From Octopus vulgaris (lineage: Eukaryota), in the NCBI GenBank assembly GCA_951406725.2, contig OX597836.1:1426001-1490000 (forward strand): 64,000 bases of DNA, read 5' to 3'. The notes below the pieces were generated by a model that ran no database searches, was not told where the DNA came from, and saw only the letters and a list, made by a program, of their open reading frames with translations. The position numbers were made by a program, and so were the translations under genes. How positions within the stretch are numbered: the stretch's first letter is position 1; each line of letters begins with the position of its first letter. This document shows positions 1-13,550 of the stretch, piece after piece.

Positions 1-14
1 ATATACATACATAT

Positions 15-70
<56 letters not shown>
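1..70. repeat. (TA)n microsatellite
   Basis: Directly visible TA run; representative of dozens of (TA)n/(CA)n/(TG)n compound tracts across the window. Confidence 0.98.
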
Positions 71-78
<8 letters not shown>

Positions 79-305
79 ACGTTATGTAATTAGGGTTCAG
101 TCAAATAATTTACTTTACCACACACCGAACTTTTAAAAATAGCAGCCCCAAAATCTTAGCTATTTCTTCTACGATAAGAAAAATCTCCCAGACAAAGTAT
201 ACGTAGAAGAAATAGCTAAGATTTTTGGGCTGCTATTTCTAAAAGTTCGGCGTGTGGTAAAGTAAATTATTTAACTGAACCCTAATTATATAACGTAATG
301 TTTTA
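70..305. mobile_element. Fold-back element: ~103-bp inverted arms with ~28-bp spacer, abutting (TA)n
   Basis: Left arm 71-173 (AAAACATTACGTTATGTAATTAGGGTTCAG...TTCTTCTACG) is the reverse complement of 202-304 (CGTAGAAGAA...CTGAACCCTAATTATATAACGTAATGTTTT) with only a few mismatches. Confidence 0.85.
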
Positions 306-679
306 AGTATACCTTAAATGGTCTTTTTACATACTGAACACTACTTGGTAAAATTAAGTAATAATTAATTAATTTTACCCTTTTATTATTGATATATATA
401 TGTACATGCATACATACACGCGTATATAAATGGATAGATACGTATATAAACACAGCGAGTGAAGTAAAATATGTACATAAGCACACACGCGCACACATGA
501 TATGGTGTAGTTTTATGACTACAGACAACACCTGTTTTTCTATGATCACCATATACACATAGATATGTTCTTGAAAGTATAAGACACACAATGTCTGCAC
601 GAATCTTTATACATAGCCACACACACATGACATTCATACAAACACGCAAACATACACATTTACCCATATGCACATACAC

Positions 680-792
680 ACATCTATCTATCTATATATA
701 CATACATATATACATATATATAGGCATATATAAACATATAGATATACATATATACATATATATATACACATACACATATATACATACATATA

Positions 793-882
<90 letters not shown>

Positions 883-900
883 GCTACATATATATATGTG
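680..900. repeat. Compound (TA)/(TACA) microsatellite
   Basis: Directly visible. Confidence 0.95.
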
Positions 901-1039
901 AGTGTGTGTGTTCGCGCGCTCATACACGCACACATGTATGTTCGCCGCTCCCACACTGTCTCACATACATTCACACTTCACACACACACACGCGCCTACC
1001 GCCATACGTAGATCGATTGCTTATTTACACATGCGCACA

Positions 1040-1200
1040 CGCAAATAAATCCGAGAATCGCACCACCCGCCCGCCCACTGCCCCTCCCCTTAAATAATAG
1101 CGATAACCACGTCACCCGTTTCCAATGGTTCACATAGTGTCTTATCTCACTTGGAAGGATTAAAACATTCTCGCACTAATCCCTGCTCCAATAGACACTG
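1040..1200. promoter_or_regulatory. Candidate cis-regulatory island (GC boxes, GATA, CCAAT, paired K50 homeodomain sites)
   Basis: CCGCCC twice (1067-1076), CACGTCA, CCAAT twice, CTTATC/CGATAA, GGATTA (1157-1162) and TAATCC (1177-1182) in unique sequence between repeats. Motif matches only. Confidence 0.3.
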
Positions 1201-1248
1201 TCACCAGTATCGAGAACATCATCAGCCGAATGACCACTATCAGTGTCA

Positions 1249-1249
<1 letters not shown>

Positions 1250-1280
<31 letters not shown>

Positions 1281-1566
1281 CCACCACCACCAACACCACC
1301 ACCACCAACACCACCACCACCAACACCATCACCACCACCACCACTACCACCACCACCAACACCACCACTACCACCACCACCACCACTAACAACACCAATA
1401 CCATCACCACCACCACCACCATCACCACCATCACCGCCACCACCATCATCCACCACCACCACCAACAACAACAACAACACCAACACCATCACCACCACCA
1501 CCAACACCATCACCACCATCACCACCATCACCGCCATCACCGCCATCACCGCCACCACCATCATCC

Positions 1567-1597
<31 letters not shown>

Positions 1598-1860
1598 CCA
1601 ACACCACCACCACCACCACCAACACCACCACCACCACCACCACCACCACCAACAACCACCACCACCATCACCACCATCACCACCACTACCACCACCAACA
1701 ACAACAACAGGACGACGACGACGACAGCAACAATAACAACGCAAACACAATGAACCCCACAACTGAAATGAATAACAAATATACAGCAGGAAGAACAGCA
1801 GCAGCAGCAGCAGCACCACCATCCACCACCACCACCACCATCCACCACCAGTACCATCAT
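1250..1860. repeat. Compound (CCA)/(CAA)/(CAT)/(CAG) trinucleotide tract
   Basis: Directly visible; source of the poly-T/H/P ORFs. Confidence 0.95.
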
Positions 1861-1965
1861 CAATAAGGAACGCACCATCGTTAACACCAACGATCAAAAC
1901 AACCATAACAACAACTACAATACTAAAACTTATCCGTATCTACGCCACCACCATCACCACTACAA

Positions 1966-2027
1966 ACACCAGTGAAGCCTGTACTACCACAGCAACCGCC
2001 ACAACCACCAGTGAAGCCTGTACTACC
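1966..2027. repeat. Short direct duplication ACCAGTGAAGCCTGTACTACCA x2
   Basis: Two identical ~22-mers separated by a CAA/CCA-rich spacer. Confidence 0.85.
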
Positions 2028-2825
2028 AGCCTTATCACCTTCACCAATAACCAGAACAATATGAATAACAAATGCAACACTATCAGCAACAACAGCAACA
2101 TATCAGTTGCAAGGATTAAAGAAAGGAGAAAGAAAGGAACGAAGAAATGTAAAGCAATAACAGCGAGAAGGAATCAGGCGAAAGAGAGAAAGAGAGAAAG
2201 AAGCTGCAACAGCAAAATCGAAAGGCGACGATTCCAAAGACAAGAACCGCAAAAAATGGAGTCACAATTGACGACAACAACAACAGCAACAACAACAACG
2301 ACAATAGTAACTGAAATACGAATCATTACAGAAGATGGAGACAAAAATTTGTGGGGGAAAAAAGCGTGTTTTAGACAAACATAAAATAGGAATGGAGAAA
2401 CCCTGATCACAGATTAATGGAAAGATATAAAACTACAACTGCAACAACAACAACAACAACAATCAGTATTTTAAATAAATAAATATTACTGTTTCTTATA
2501 CTGTCCCCCCCCTCTCTCTCTCTCTCAGTTTTTCTCCGGTTGTGTGTGTGTGTGTTGTGTGTTGTGTGCAAAGGAATAGTAAAACCGACAACTACGAATA
2601 AAGTTTTGAGAAATTGTATAAAAGCGGGAGAGCTTTTGCATCGAGAGGTCGGAGTGTGATAAAGAAGAGTAATAGTGTGTGTGTGTGTGAGAGAGAGAGA
2701 AAGAGAAAGGGAGAGAGAGAAAGAGAAAGAGAGGGAGAGAAATGGTTGGAGTGATACTATTTAACCTTGTATTCATTTGCATGCGCACATATATAGGCAC
2801 ATGTATATATGCATATACATGTGCG

Positions 2826-2862
<37 letters not shown>

Positions 2863-3964
2863 ATGTGGGTATATATATATATACATGTGTGTGTGCATGT
2901 GTGCGTGTATATATATATATATGTATGTATATATATATGTATGTATATATCGAGATTATATTTGTACGTGATATTTTTACTACACACGCATATATTTGCA
3001 TATAAATACGTAAATACACACACACACACGCATATATATATGTGTATGTGTGTGTGTGTAAATATATGCGCGTATTTACGTATTTATATACTCACATTTA
3101 CACGTGCGCATGTGTATCTGTACGCGCGTGTGTGTGTGTGTGTGTGTGTGCACACGTGCGTGCGTGTTTTTTGTGTGTGGTATTAGCATTATCACATAAA
3201 ATCTTGGGGATTCCATGTAAATTGCGGGTTTTTGACATTTCCGTGTAAACTTGATAACAGAAAATTGAAGACAGTGCAGAGCAGAGTTTGTGAGAATTCA
3301 CTGTTTTTAGATTTCTTGTTGTTTCGCGGTGAAACAGTAAAAAAAAAAAAAATTTAATAAAAAAAAATGAAGAAAAAAAAATCCACCACCATCGCCACCA
3401 CCAGCACCACCACCATCACCATCACCACCAACGCCGCCGCCTCTGCCACCACCAGCAGCAGCAATCACAGCAGCATCAGATATAAAATGGTAAAGTTTAA
3501 AGATTGTGGCGAGTTTGGTGGAATCCTCGCGTAGCAAAGTTGAAATTGTTTTTTATTTAATCTTATTTTATTCAATTTTTCTTTTATTTCATTTTGGTGC
3601 CGGGTTTTGTTTTGGTCTTCGAGTCTGCTGAGATAAAAATGTTTCCTTTCTCCTTTATTCAATCTCTGCTTCGAGTGAATGTTCCCTGCATTCCTCTTTG
3701 AAACCTTACATTCGTTGCCATTTGGTTATGTCAATAAAGAACTTTAAAAAAAACCCAAAGAAACAAAAAAGAACAAAAACATAAAAAAACAAGACAACAA
3801 AAAAGAAAAAAGAAAGAAACAAAAAATGCTGATTGTTAAACCAGAAGGATTTCGATCGATCTAACTACGTCCATGTCTACTAAAATCGCAAATTCTGGCG
3901 GGGAATTCTTTTTAATAAGGTGTTGCGCTAATAACTGAATGCACAACTGCACCAGACGCAAAAA

Positions 3965-4037
3965 ATCATCATCATCATCTTCTTTTTCTTCCTCTTCTAC
4001 CTCTTCTTCTACCTCTTCTTCTTCCTCCTCTTCTTCT

Positions 4038-4083
<46 letters not shown>

Positions 4084-4390
4084 TCCTCCTCCACTTCCTC
4101 TTCTTCTTCTTCTTCTTCTTCTTCTTCCTCCTCTTCTTCTTCTTCCTCCTCCTCCTCCTCCTCTTCTTCTTCTTCCTCCTCCTCTTCTTCTTCTTCTTCT
4201 TCTTCTTCCTCCTCTTCTTCTTCTTCTTCTTTTTCTTCTTCTTCCTCTTCCTCTTCTTCTTCATCTTCATCTTCTTCTTCCTCTTCCTCTTCTTCTTCCT
4301 CTTCCTCTTCTTCTTCTTCTTCTTCTTCTTCTACTTCCTCCTCCTCCTCCTCCTCCTCTTCTTCTTCTTCTTCTTCTTCTTCTTCTTCTA
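3965..4390. repeat. (TTC)/(TCC)n polypyrimidine tract
   Basis: Directly visible, about 420 bp. Confidence 0.97.
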
Positions 4391-4600
4391 TCTGGTAATT
4401 GGATGCCTTCGCTGTTGACTACCTGTCCCCTTCTCATGACTAATATTGCACACTTATCTATGCCAAATTCCACGCCTATGTTTTTACTGAAGAGTCTTCC
4501 AGTCTGTATTAAGGAAACTCTCTCTTTCACTCTTACTAAAAAGCTTCAGATCCTCTCTGCAGAGCAAAAATGGTTAATTTTTCCCTTGCTATTTCTGAAC
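4391..4600 (-). mobile_element. R4/Dong-type non-LTR retrotransposon RT fragment
   Basis: Translation KINH...(frameshift)DLKLFSKSE...RLFSKNIGVEFGIDKCAILVMRRGQVVNSEGIQLPD matches the R4/Dong RT signature INHLLYMDDLKL...FSxDIGMEFGxDKCA. Confidence 0.85.
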
Positions 4601-5208
4601 TGAAACTCTTGCCATATTATTTCTTACAAAGAATAAGTCCTGGGGTCAATCTATTCGATACAAGTAAAAGAATAAAAGAATATTTTTTCCATACGCAAGC
4701 AGAGTCGCAACAAATACAAATGCACGCACATACATTGACACTAACACGCACACACTTACAAACGTATATGTGTGTGTGAGTGTATACAAATAAATGTAAA
4801 ACGGATGTATAACTCTTTCTTGTTTTTAATAAAATTATTATATTCCATTCATTTAGATAACGTTAAAATATATTCAATATACGATCAATTGAAACATCTC
4901 ATCTAAAAGACAAAAAAAAAAGAACTGAAAAAAACCATTGTTTCAGAATTGGTAAACTCACATCCGTCGTAGAATTGTAAGTGTCGCCAGTTACAAGATA
5001 ATCCCACCGATTATCTGAACAGTTCCTGTAAGCGTCAGCCGTGAATCAAATAACAAACATTAACATTTTCTACACTTCGCATCATGTTTTCAATCTTTTC
5101 TTATTTCCTCTGATGTTCAAAAATAGACCTCAAACATTTCTTATGATCTCGGCAACATCCAGTCGTATTTACAAATGTAGTGAGAAATGGCTCCCAAAAT
5201 AGTTTCAT

Positions 5209-5271
<63 letters not shown>

Positions 5272-5378
5272 TATAAATATATATATGTATATATATATAT
5301 GTATATGTATATATGTATATGTATATATGTATATGTATATATGTATATATATATATATATGTGTGTATATATATATAC

Positions 5379-5436
<58 letters not shown>

Positions 5437-5469
5437 CTCTGTATATATATATATATATGTGTGTATCAA

Positions 5470-6060
5470 TCGAAGTGTATAGTATCAGATATCCAGCCGA
5501 TCGCTTTCGCTCTAGGGTTTCAAGGGAGTGTTACATAACAATCAGATTATGTAGCCCTGTGGGATGGAAACATGTCCATCGGGTGGGCGTCAGCTGTACT
5601 GTAGTGTGTGTGTTTGTAGATGGGTTATTGTATGTTCTGGTCAAACTCATTGCCGGACTCCTAAGTATTGGTGGAGGGTTGAAGTTGGGGGACTGTTAAT
5701 TAAAGTCATGATGGGACACGTAAGTATGATAAGATGTACTTCCTTTCATTTGAGCAAGGATTAAAAATTTCACTTCTGCTATTCAGGTAGATGTCTGTGT
5801 GTTGGGAGCGCTTTAAAATCGATCATTTCTCAGCTAAATATGATACGCTTCACAGTTCTCTAGAATCCTTCATTTAATGCTGTACTCTCCGGCGGTTTCT
5901 TTCACTGACCATACGTGTTTAGTAAGGGTTGTAGCGTTACGTCTCTCCGGGATAAGTACTTGCGATTGTAATAGCGGATTCTGAAGGGGCATTCATTTGC
6001 ACCCACGTACTTTCGTGCGATTGGTTGCCCATTTGGTCGAATTGCTGTTACTTCTGTTTT
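5470..6060 (-). mobile_element. Penelope-like element 3' remnant (GIY-YIG endonuclease plus 3' region)
   Basis: KYVGANECPFRIRYYN...(frameshift)RNATTLTKHVWSVKE...SIK*RILENCEAY...YLNSRSEIFNPCSNERKYIL follows the PLE GIY-YIG pattern YxGxTxxxFxxRyyNH...TxLSkhiW...LNxRSE...C. Confidence 0.8.
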
Positions 6061-6224
6061 TGAATTCCTACTTTTAGTGAGACTTGAACCGAGGATAGTC
6101 TCGTGAACGTATTTCCTTGAACTATGGTACATGTTACTCGGCCCCGAAGTCCACCAAAAGAACTTGCTGCTCTGTGGATCCAGTTCAAACTGAGACAGTG
6201 TTTTCTTTTGCTATATATATATAT

Positions 6225-6289
<65 letters not shown>

Positions 6290-6744
6290 TATCTGTATAT
6301 ATAAAAACTTATGTGTACATATTTACATAGACACACACATGCACACGCACACACATACACACACACTCATATATATATGTGCGTGTGTGTGTGAGTGTGA
6401 GTGTGTGAGTATATACACCCATTACCTAAATTTAGACATGTGATTGGCTGCTTCGTTCGACCGCCAGACAAAATGTGATGTTTGTTCTCAAAGTGAGTTC
6501 ATCTGCCGCCAGGATCAAATTCGCCTTTTGATAAAGTAAATCTGATTTTCTTGGATCGATATCTTCTGTCTACATCCTTCTGCTTCAGAGTCGATGTTTT
6601 GCGCCAATATCGGAAATTCTTCGAATTTGCTGCTTGTTGTTATTGTTATTGTTGTCTGAAAAGAGTGTTTCGTTTTTTATATCAAATAATATCAACCACA
6701 ACAGCAACAACAATAATAATGAAAATAATAACAACAACAACAAT

Positions 6745-6955
6745 TCTCTCTACTGTAGTTACCAAGTCTGATATTTGGGAGGAGGGGCTAACTGATCCCA
6801 TCGACCCCAGTGCGTAACTGGTACTTATTTCATCGACCTTGAAAGGATGACGAGTAAAGTCGACCTCAGCGGAATTCGAACTTAGAACGGAGCGGCGGGC
6901 AAAATACCGCTAAGCATTTCGTCCAGCCTGCTAATGATTGTTCCAGCTCACCGCT

Positions 6956-6957
<2 letters not shown>
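6745..6957 (-). mobile_element. tRNA-headed SINE family B copy
   Basis: Reverse strand reads AAGCGGTGAGCTGG...GTTCGAATTCC (B box)...TCATCCTTTC..GGTCGATGAAATAAGTACCAG...CTGGGGTCGAT; repeated many times in the window. Confidence 0.85.
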
Positions 6958-7012
<55 letters not shown>

Positions 7013-7033
7013 GCAATAATAGCAATAATAAAA

Positions 7034-7243
7034 ATCCTTTCTACTATAGGCACAAGGCCTGAAATTTTGGGGAATGAACTACTCGATTACATGAACCCCA
7101 GACTTTTACTGGTACTTAATTTATCGACCCCAAAAGGATGAAATGCAAAGTCGACCTCGGCAGAATTTGAACTCAAAGCGATGGGCGAAATGTCACTAAG
7201 TATGTCGTCTGGCGTGCAAACGATTCTGCCAGGTCACCGCCTT
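7034..7243 (-). mobile_element. tRNA-headed SINE family B copy (tandem with the previous copy, separated by (AAT)n)
   Basis: Same head, B box (GAGTTCAAATTC), core and tail GGCCTTGTGCCTATAGTAGAAAGG. Confidence 0.85.
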
Positions 7244-7309
7244 AGATGATGATGATGATTATAATGATGATGATGATGATGATGATGATAATAATAATAA
7301 TATTTAGTG

Positions 7310-7590
7310 CCTTGAATAGGCCTTGGGGACAGTATCGAAAGTTACTGAGAGGAATTTAAAAGAAATGCGAATCGCATATTCCCATTTTTTTTCATATATT
7401 CCTCTCAACAACTTTGCTTAGTTGAGCTGCTACAAAAGATCAGCTTCTTTGGCATGACCAGAATCATCAGGAAATAACGAGGCAGCTGAAGAGAACAAAT
7501 TGTATGGTACTGCAGGCTGCGGATATCAAGCCCGCTACTCTCGCAAGACTGACCGAGTTTCGACAAAACCTGAGTTTAAATAATAATAAA
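7310..7590 (+). mobile_element. R4/Dong-type retrotransposon 3' end
   Basis: ALGTVSKVTERNLKEM...VELLQKISFFGMTRIIRK resembles the RLE C-terminus GALGTV...LQKxxLLGTARIxRK; followed by a short UTR ending in TAATAATAA. Confidence 0.7.
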
Positions 7591-7629
7591 GAAGTAGAGT
7601 TTTGAAATCCTGCCAAAACATGTTCCAGA

Positions 7630-8620
7630 TTTTATTTCCCCTATATTAAAATAGACGAAAAATATACTTGAATGTCTTAATATTTCTATATTCTTGGAAA
7701 CTGTCTATGTATGTACTTCTATATAAATTGTTAATGTCATTAAACAAATATTTGTGTTTTACAGCAATTTTGCTACCAACCAAAAGTGGGATGATAGGCA
7801 TTTCTCATCTGTCAATATTTTTTTAAGTCAGCATCTTGGTTGGTGCAATTTGTTATCCTCCTAGCAATAACAAATGGTTGTAATATTGTTCAATATTGCG
7901 GCCATTTGTTATTGCTGTGTGGATAATTATGTGGATATTGTCATTTTTCTCATATAGATTGATGTCAGGTTAACGATTTACTTTCTGCTGGTCTCTATGA
8001 ATGATAAGACTCTTTAGTATTTTCACATTGTCATTTTCTAAGACTTACAATGATTAATTTGAGCTGTATGGACCTTTGTCTCTAAGAAAATTGGAAGTAG
8101 CTGGTCTGGTGTATGTCGAGGAAATTCTACATTGTTGAGTCTCTAAAAATTTTCCTTTTTTCCAAGGACAGTGCCCGATATCTTGATAAAATATGGAGAA
8201 GCGTCTCACAAAATACACCACAATAGCAATATTCTTTGTATTTCAAGAACTGTTGATAGTCTTTTCAATATGTCTTACTTATCGCGAAACAATTTCTTTT
8301 ATATGGTGAATAATTTTGCTTCTTTTCCCCATTCATATTGGAATTGTCCAGACAAGCTAAATTTAGTGGAAACTTAAAATTTGAATGTAGATCATACTGT
8401 TTTGAGAAGTATTAGCTATGTAAACACATGCCATTATATTTATTCAGAACAGAATATTTATGTACCACCAATGTATCCATTGTGATTCTGACATAGGTCG
8501 AGATTTAGGTTTTAGAATTTCGGAAGCAAATCCAATTTATTGAGAGAATATTTTGTATTGCTCAGTCATGGAAAGAAGTGCAGTGTTCAACTATTTTCCG
8601 AACATTTGGAATGTAAAGTC
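7630..8620 (-). mobile_element. Heavily decayed R4/Dong-like RLE retrotransposon
   Basis: VLENDNVKILKSLIIHRD...NR*PDINLYEK...IIIHTAI...PIIPLLVGS matches VLENxxxKILWDxxIxTD...NRPDI...IDxAIP...IPxVVG. Confidence 0.6.
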
Positions 8621-9046
8621 TAACAGCGTTCCCAATGACGTTTTGAGGATAAGACTGGAGTATATTTCAAGCAGGAGTGGTGACGTCTGAACACAGCGAT
8701 GGGGTGGGGAGGTGGAAAGGAAGAAATCTATATATTCTGAGAGGATACTAGCAGAAAGATTTATTTACAGTTCCCCATCAACTTCTCATTGAAATTTTCA
8801 GTTCTTCTTACAAAGAAAAAAACAACAACAAAGACCTCATAACTATACGGATATTTCATGTAATTCTACGTGAATTTTCCATAGAGTTTGGCAAAAATTG
8901 CCAAAGAAAGGATATTAATATAATGAGAGAAATACATTATGGAGGCGTTTTCCGAGCGATTTCAAAGTGAGAAAATAAAAGGTAGCTAGTAGGGATCAAA
9001 GTTTTGAGGTGCCCTTGTTATTACGCGAGCAAATATTGCTTACATC

Positions 9047-9084
<38 letters not shown>

Positions 9085-9560
9085 TAAATGGTTACACGAA
9101 TTTTCCATATTTTTGCGCTTCTTCTAATAATACTTTAATGTATGATCGTATGCAGCGCTCCTTTTAGTGGTAATCGGTATTCTAGAAAAGAAGTGAACTG
9201 CATTAAATACGTGACTTCTTTGACAAAAGTAAAGACTTTTCCTAACAACGGATCACTCAACAAGAATTTCCTTTTGAGAATTACAAAAAAAAAAGAGATT
9301 TTTTAGATATCCAGCAAAGGTTCGTTGATATCAAAGGTTGCTGGTACACAGACAGATAAAAAGATGTATGCAGGTATAAGGATTACCTGTGCGTATGATT
9401 GGGCACACATACATACACACACACACTTACATGCATACATGCATACATATATGTATGTATATATATTTACACATTTATATACTATATCATATTATGTCAT
9501 ATTGCATTATATATTATATGTATATTATATTATACATATATATGTATATATGTGTATATG

Positions 9561-9609
<49 letters not shown>

Positions 9610-9611
<2 letters not shown>

Positions 9612-9905
9612 TGTTGTCCGTTTTTTGTTTGCTTGTTTCTTTGCTGTCGTACACATTTGGTAACTTTCTTACAAAAGGGCTCAAATGCTCTTCGCTTAGA
9701 CATTTTGGGGGGCAACCAGATCGAACCACCTCAAGTGTAACTGCCCGAAATGATCGTGACTTCTGGAACTTGACTGAGAAATGAAAGTCACGCATGGCCC
9801 GTCCTTTTTTCCCCTGTCCTTCTAAGTGTTGTTTCTCTTGTCCGCATTTGTATTGTCTATCTGTCCGAATGTTTTAATGTCCTCTATTGCGTTTTGTCCC
9901 ACTTT
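9610..9905. mobile_element. Short non-coding element embedded between TA tracts
   Basis: Unique-looking block flanked on both sides by (TA)n. Its T-rich end loosely resembles the reverse complement of the TA-flanked block at 11117-11250. Confidence 0.35.
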
Positions 9906-10194
9906 TATATATATCATACATAGAATATGAAATGAGATTCAGAAATCCTGGCAGATATAAGTAAGCACTCAGAATACAGGAATAAGGTTACATTTGCAAC
10001 CAGTAGATACCAGTAATTGTATGTAGAGTACAAATCCCAAGTAAATCTTCATGTATGAGATGTAAATTTAATAATCCTCATGAATAATTTTAATAAAGTC
10101 AGAGTATTAACAACAATCAGTAATGAGTACGAAAAAAATCATATCGTTATTTTAGATATACATACACACACACACACACATATATATATATGTG

Positions 10195-10242
<48 letters not shown>

Positions 10243-10336
10243 TAGATATACGTACATACATTACATATAAATACATACACACACACACACATATATATAT
10301 ATATATTAGATATACGTACATACGTACACACACACA

Positions 10337-10374
<38 letters not shown>

Positions 10375-10429
10375 CACACACACATACCCTTATATATTTT
10401 ACATAATATTATTAAAATTATTGATAATA

Positions 10430-10940
10430 TGTACGTAAAGTTGTCAACAAAACATTATCAAGGTAAATCCATATTGGTGAAAGTTTAACTGAAAATCTAA
10501 AAAAAAGTTTAGCTGTTGAGAAGGCAAGCAAAAAGAAACACCAAACCAGATTTAACTTCAGACATTCATTCAACCAAGAGCGACGTCATTGAATAACTAA
10601 TTTATTTTATAAAAATATAATATGTTATATCATATGAAATATAATATCTAAAATACCATATTAATTCCATCTTTTGACAATTTGAAATCTACATAAATAT
10701 TTAAAAAATTTTGAAACAGAAAAAACTAACATAGAAAGCGAGAATATTATTTATCTACTAAACTTGATGACGTCACTGAATATGTAAAAAGCAAAAACTG
10801 CAGACAAAAAAATTTTACGTTATGCTTAATAAATAAATAAAGAATAAAAAACTATAGATAATAAGTCTACATAATGCTTAATAGAACCTTTGACATTGAC
10901 GTCGTCAAAGCAGAGGATTAAATCCGATAAAAGCAAATAC
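10430..10940 (+). mobile_element. Possible Penelope-like GIY-YIG 3' remnant
   Basis: Scattered HIGES...ILIPSF...ESENIIYLLN motifs and a degenerate hammerhead-like GAGG-ATTAAAT-CC-GATAA just before a TA/CA tract. Confidence 0.35.
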
Positions 10941-10981
10941 ATGTACATATGTATGTATGTATACATACATACGTAGATACA

Positions 10982-11033
<52 letters not shown>

Positions 11034-11250
11034 CCTACCTACATGCATATATATATATATGCATATATACATACATACGTGTACATACATATATATGTAT
11101 ATACACACACATATATGGGTTCAAGACGTCAAAAAATGTACACAGCATGGAAAACGGGAACATGAAATACAAAAAACATGGAAAACGAACTTTGAGTGTG
11201 TTAAATTATAAGGCACTAAAAGAGAATGACTCTCCCCAGACACAACAACA

Positions 11251-11304
<54 letters not shown>

Positions 11305-11319
11305 ATATATATCTGTGTG

Positions 11320-11565
11320 TGTGTTATTGACAGCGACTTCAAAAATTCGGCCAAGTCATTGTCAGTCTGTGAGGCATTGAAGATAATCATGGCTTTATGT
11401 AGTCTCTGTTGCGTTAAAAACTCTCTTAAGTATGTGGGTTTGAGTGGAGTGTTAATTAGGTTGTAGTGTGGCTTGTGTTGGAGAGGTATTTTGGGCACCT
11501 TTTATTGATCAAATTTGGGGCGGTGCTATTGTTCAGCATTTATTCCTGCGAGGAGAACTTTGTAA
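11320..11565 (-). mobile_element. Penelope-like 3' end with degenerate hammerhead
   Basis: NLINKR motif, then ACAGA-CTGACAA-TGACTTGGCC-GAAT-TTTTGAA-GTC-GCTGT (11370-11330) running into a TA tract. Confidence 0.5.
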
Positions 11566-11901
<336 letters not shown>

Positions 11902-12568
11902 TCTACGTTGGAAACGAATATTATAATTCTATATCTTTAGGTTCCTTCTGCATATTTTTTGTGTATGCGTTAATTTAGTGTGTGCTCCCGTTGTGTTGTG
12001 CTTTGTTTTGGTATTGTTAGTAGGTTATGTCAAAATTGGTTTCTTCAATTGTGTAAGGATTGAAATTAGGTTTTCTTGAAGCAGTAAAGTGTTGGCACAC
12101 AAGACATCTGGCAAATTCTTAATCTTAATGAAATAAACATAAAGCAACAAAGAGGGAAGAAGACATTCCTGCGTACCAGAGAATGTAGGAGTGATTATGT
12201 GTGTGTGTGTGTGAGTGTGTGTGTGTGTTTGTGTGTGTGTGGTAGTAGCTGTTAGAAGTCCTAATACAGCCAGCAATATCACCACCACACCACCACCTTC
12301 ACTGACACCACTACCTTCACTGCCACCACCACCACCATCAGCAGCAACATTACTTTCAAGAACAAATATAACAACAACAACAACGACGACGATGACAATA
12401 GCAGCAACGGAATGTTAACGTGAAGGGAATAGTAAAATAGCAAAATGGCGGCTTGAAAACGTTTGGAAATTAAAGTTTACGAGATTGGAGATGGACGAGA
12501 AGTGAAACGGGAAATATAAGAGAAACGTCACTTCTAGCGATGCACATATATATATATGTACTCTCACT

Positions 12569-12600
<32 letters not shown>

Positions 12601-12748
12601 CATGCATATATATTTGTATACATATGTGTGTGTATCTATATATATATATATATATATGCATGTGTATACATAGATAATACATACATACACACACACACAC
12701 ATATATATAGATAGATATATAGGTAGGTAGATAGATAAATAAATAGAC

Positions 12749-12799
<51 letters not shown>

Positions 12800-13452
12800 C
12801 TTACATATTTGAGTGTTATTGTTTCTGTGTATGTGTGTGTGCGTCTGTGTGTGTGTATGTACGCGTGTGTACGTGCGCAGATTTAATAAGTTAATAATAA
12901 ATTCCTCTTTGCCGCACTCTTCGGGCTTGACTATTAAAGGCTGTGATTAAACCAAATCCCTTTCTCCATAAACTGGAAGAAAACACAAACTCGACAATTT
13001 ATACAAATCATTTTCTAATCTAACCTACACTGTGATGCTAACTGCATGTGTATGAAAGTCAAGCATATAATATTTTTCCTGAAAACCTATTCATGGCTAG
13101 GTTGTCTCTATCATTATCGTAGATACTTAATAGTCAAGAGATCTGGTTACAAACCTTTGTTCTGCTGTTCATCAAAGCGAAAAAGGCAAACTGCCAAATT
13201 GTCGGTTGCTCTCTGACCAGATTTTGGCCGAGCCTATGGTAGTGGAGAACTCCGGTGTTCTCCGTCCCTGGGCCATATCACTACTCACTGCTCTGATTAC
13301 GGAGAGGGCTATCTGCAAACGCTAGCCTCATGGCTCAGACTGGCTGTTCCAATGCATCTCCCTCACCCACCTCCGGGTCAACGCTTTTTCCCTGTCGTCT
13401 GCTGGGACCATGAGGTGCACTGACAAGCTTTCTTAGAGGAAAGAAATAATAA

Positions 13453-13550
13453 TTTAGGCAGGACCCATAAGCCATAGGCCATAGATATATTTAGGCCAGG
13501 CCCATCAGCCATAGATATATTCAGGCAGGGGCCATAAACCATACATATAT
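13453..13550. repeat. ~30-bp minisatellite, three diverged units
   Basis: TTTAGGCAGGACCCATAAGCCATA..GATATA / TTTAGGCCAGGCCCATCAGCCATAGATATA / TTCAGGCAGGGGCCATAAACCATACATATA. Confidence 0.8.

Noticed and set aside
13453-13550. CRISPR-like array
   Set aside because: Units are head-to-tail without unique spacers, there are no cas genes, and the DNA is eukaryotic; it is a minisatellite.
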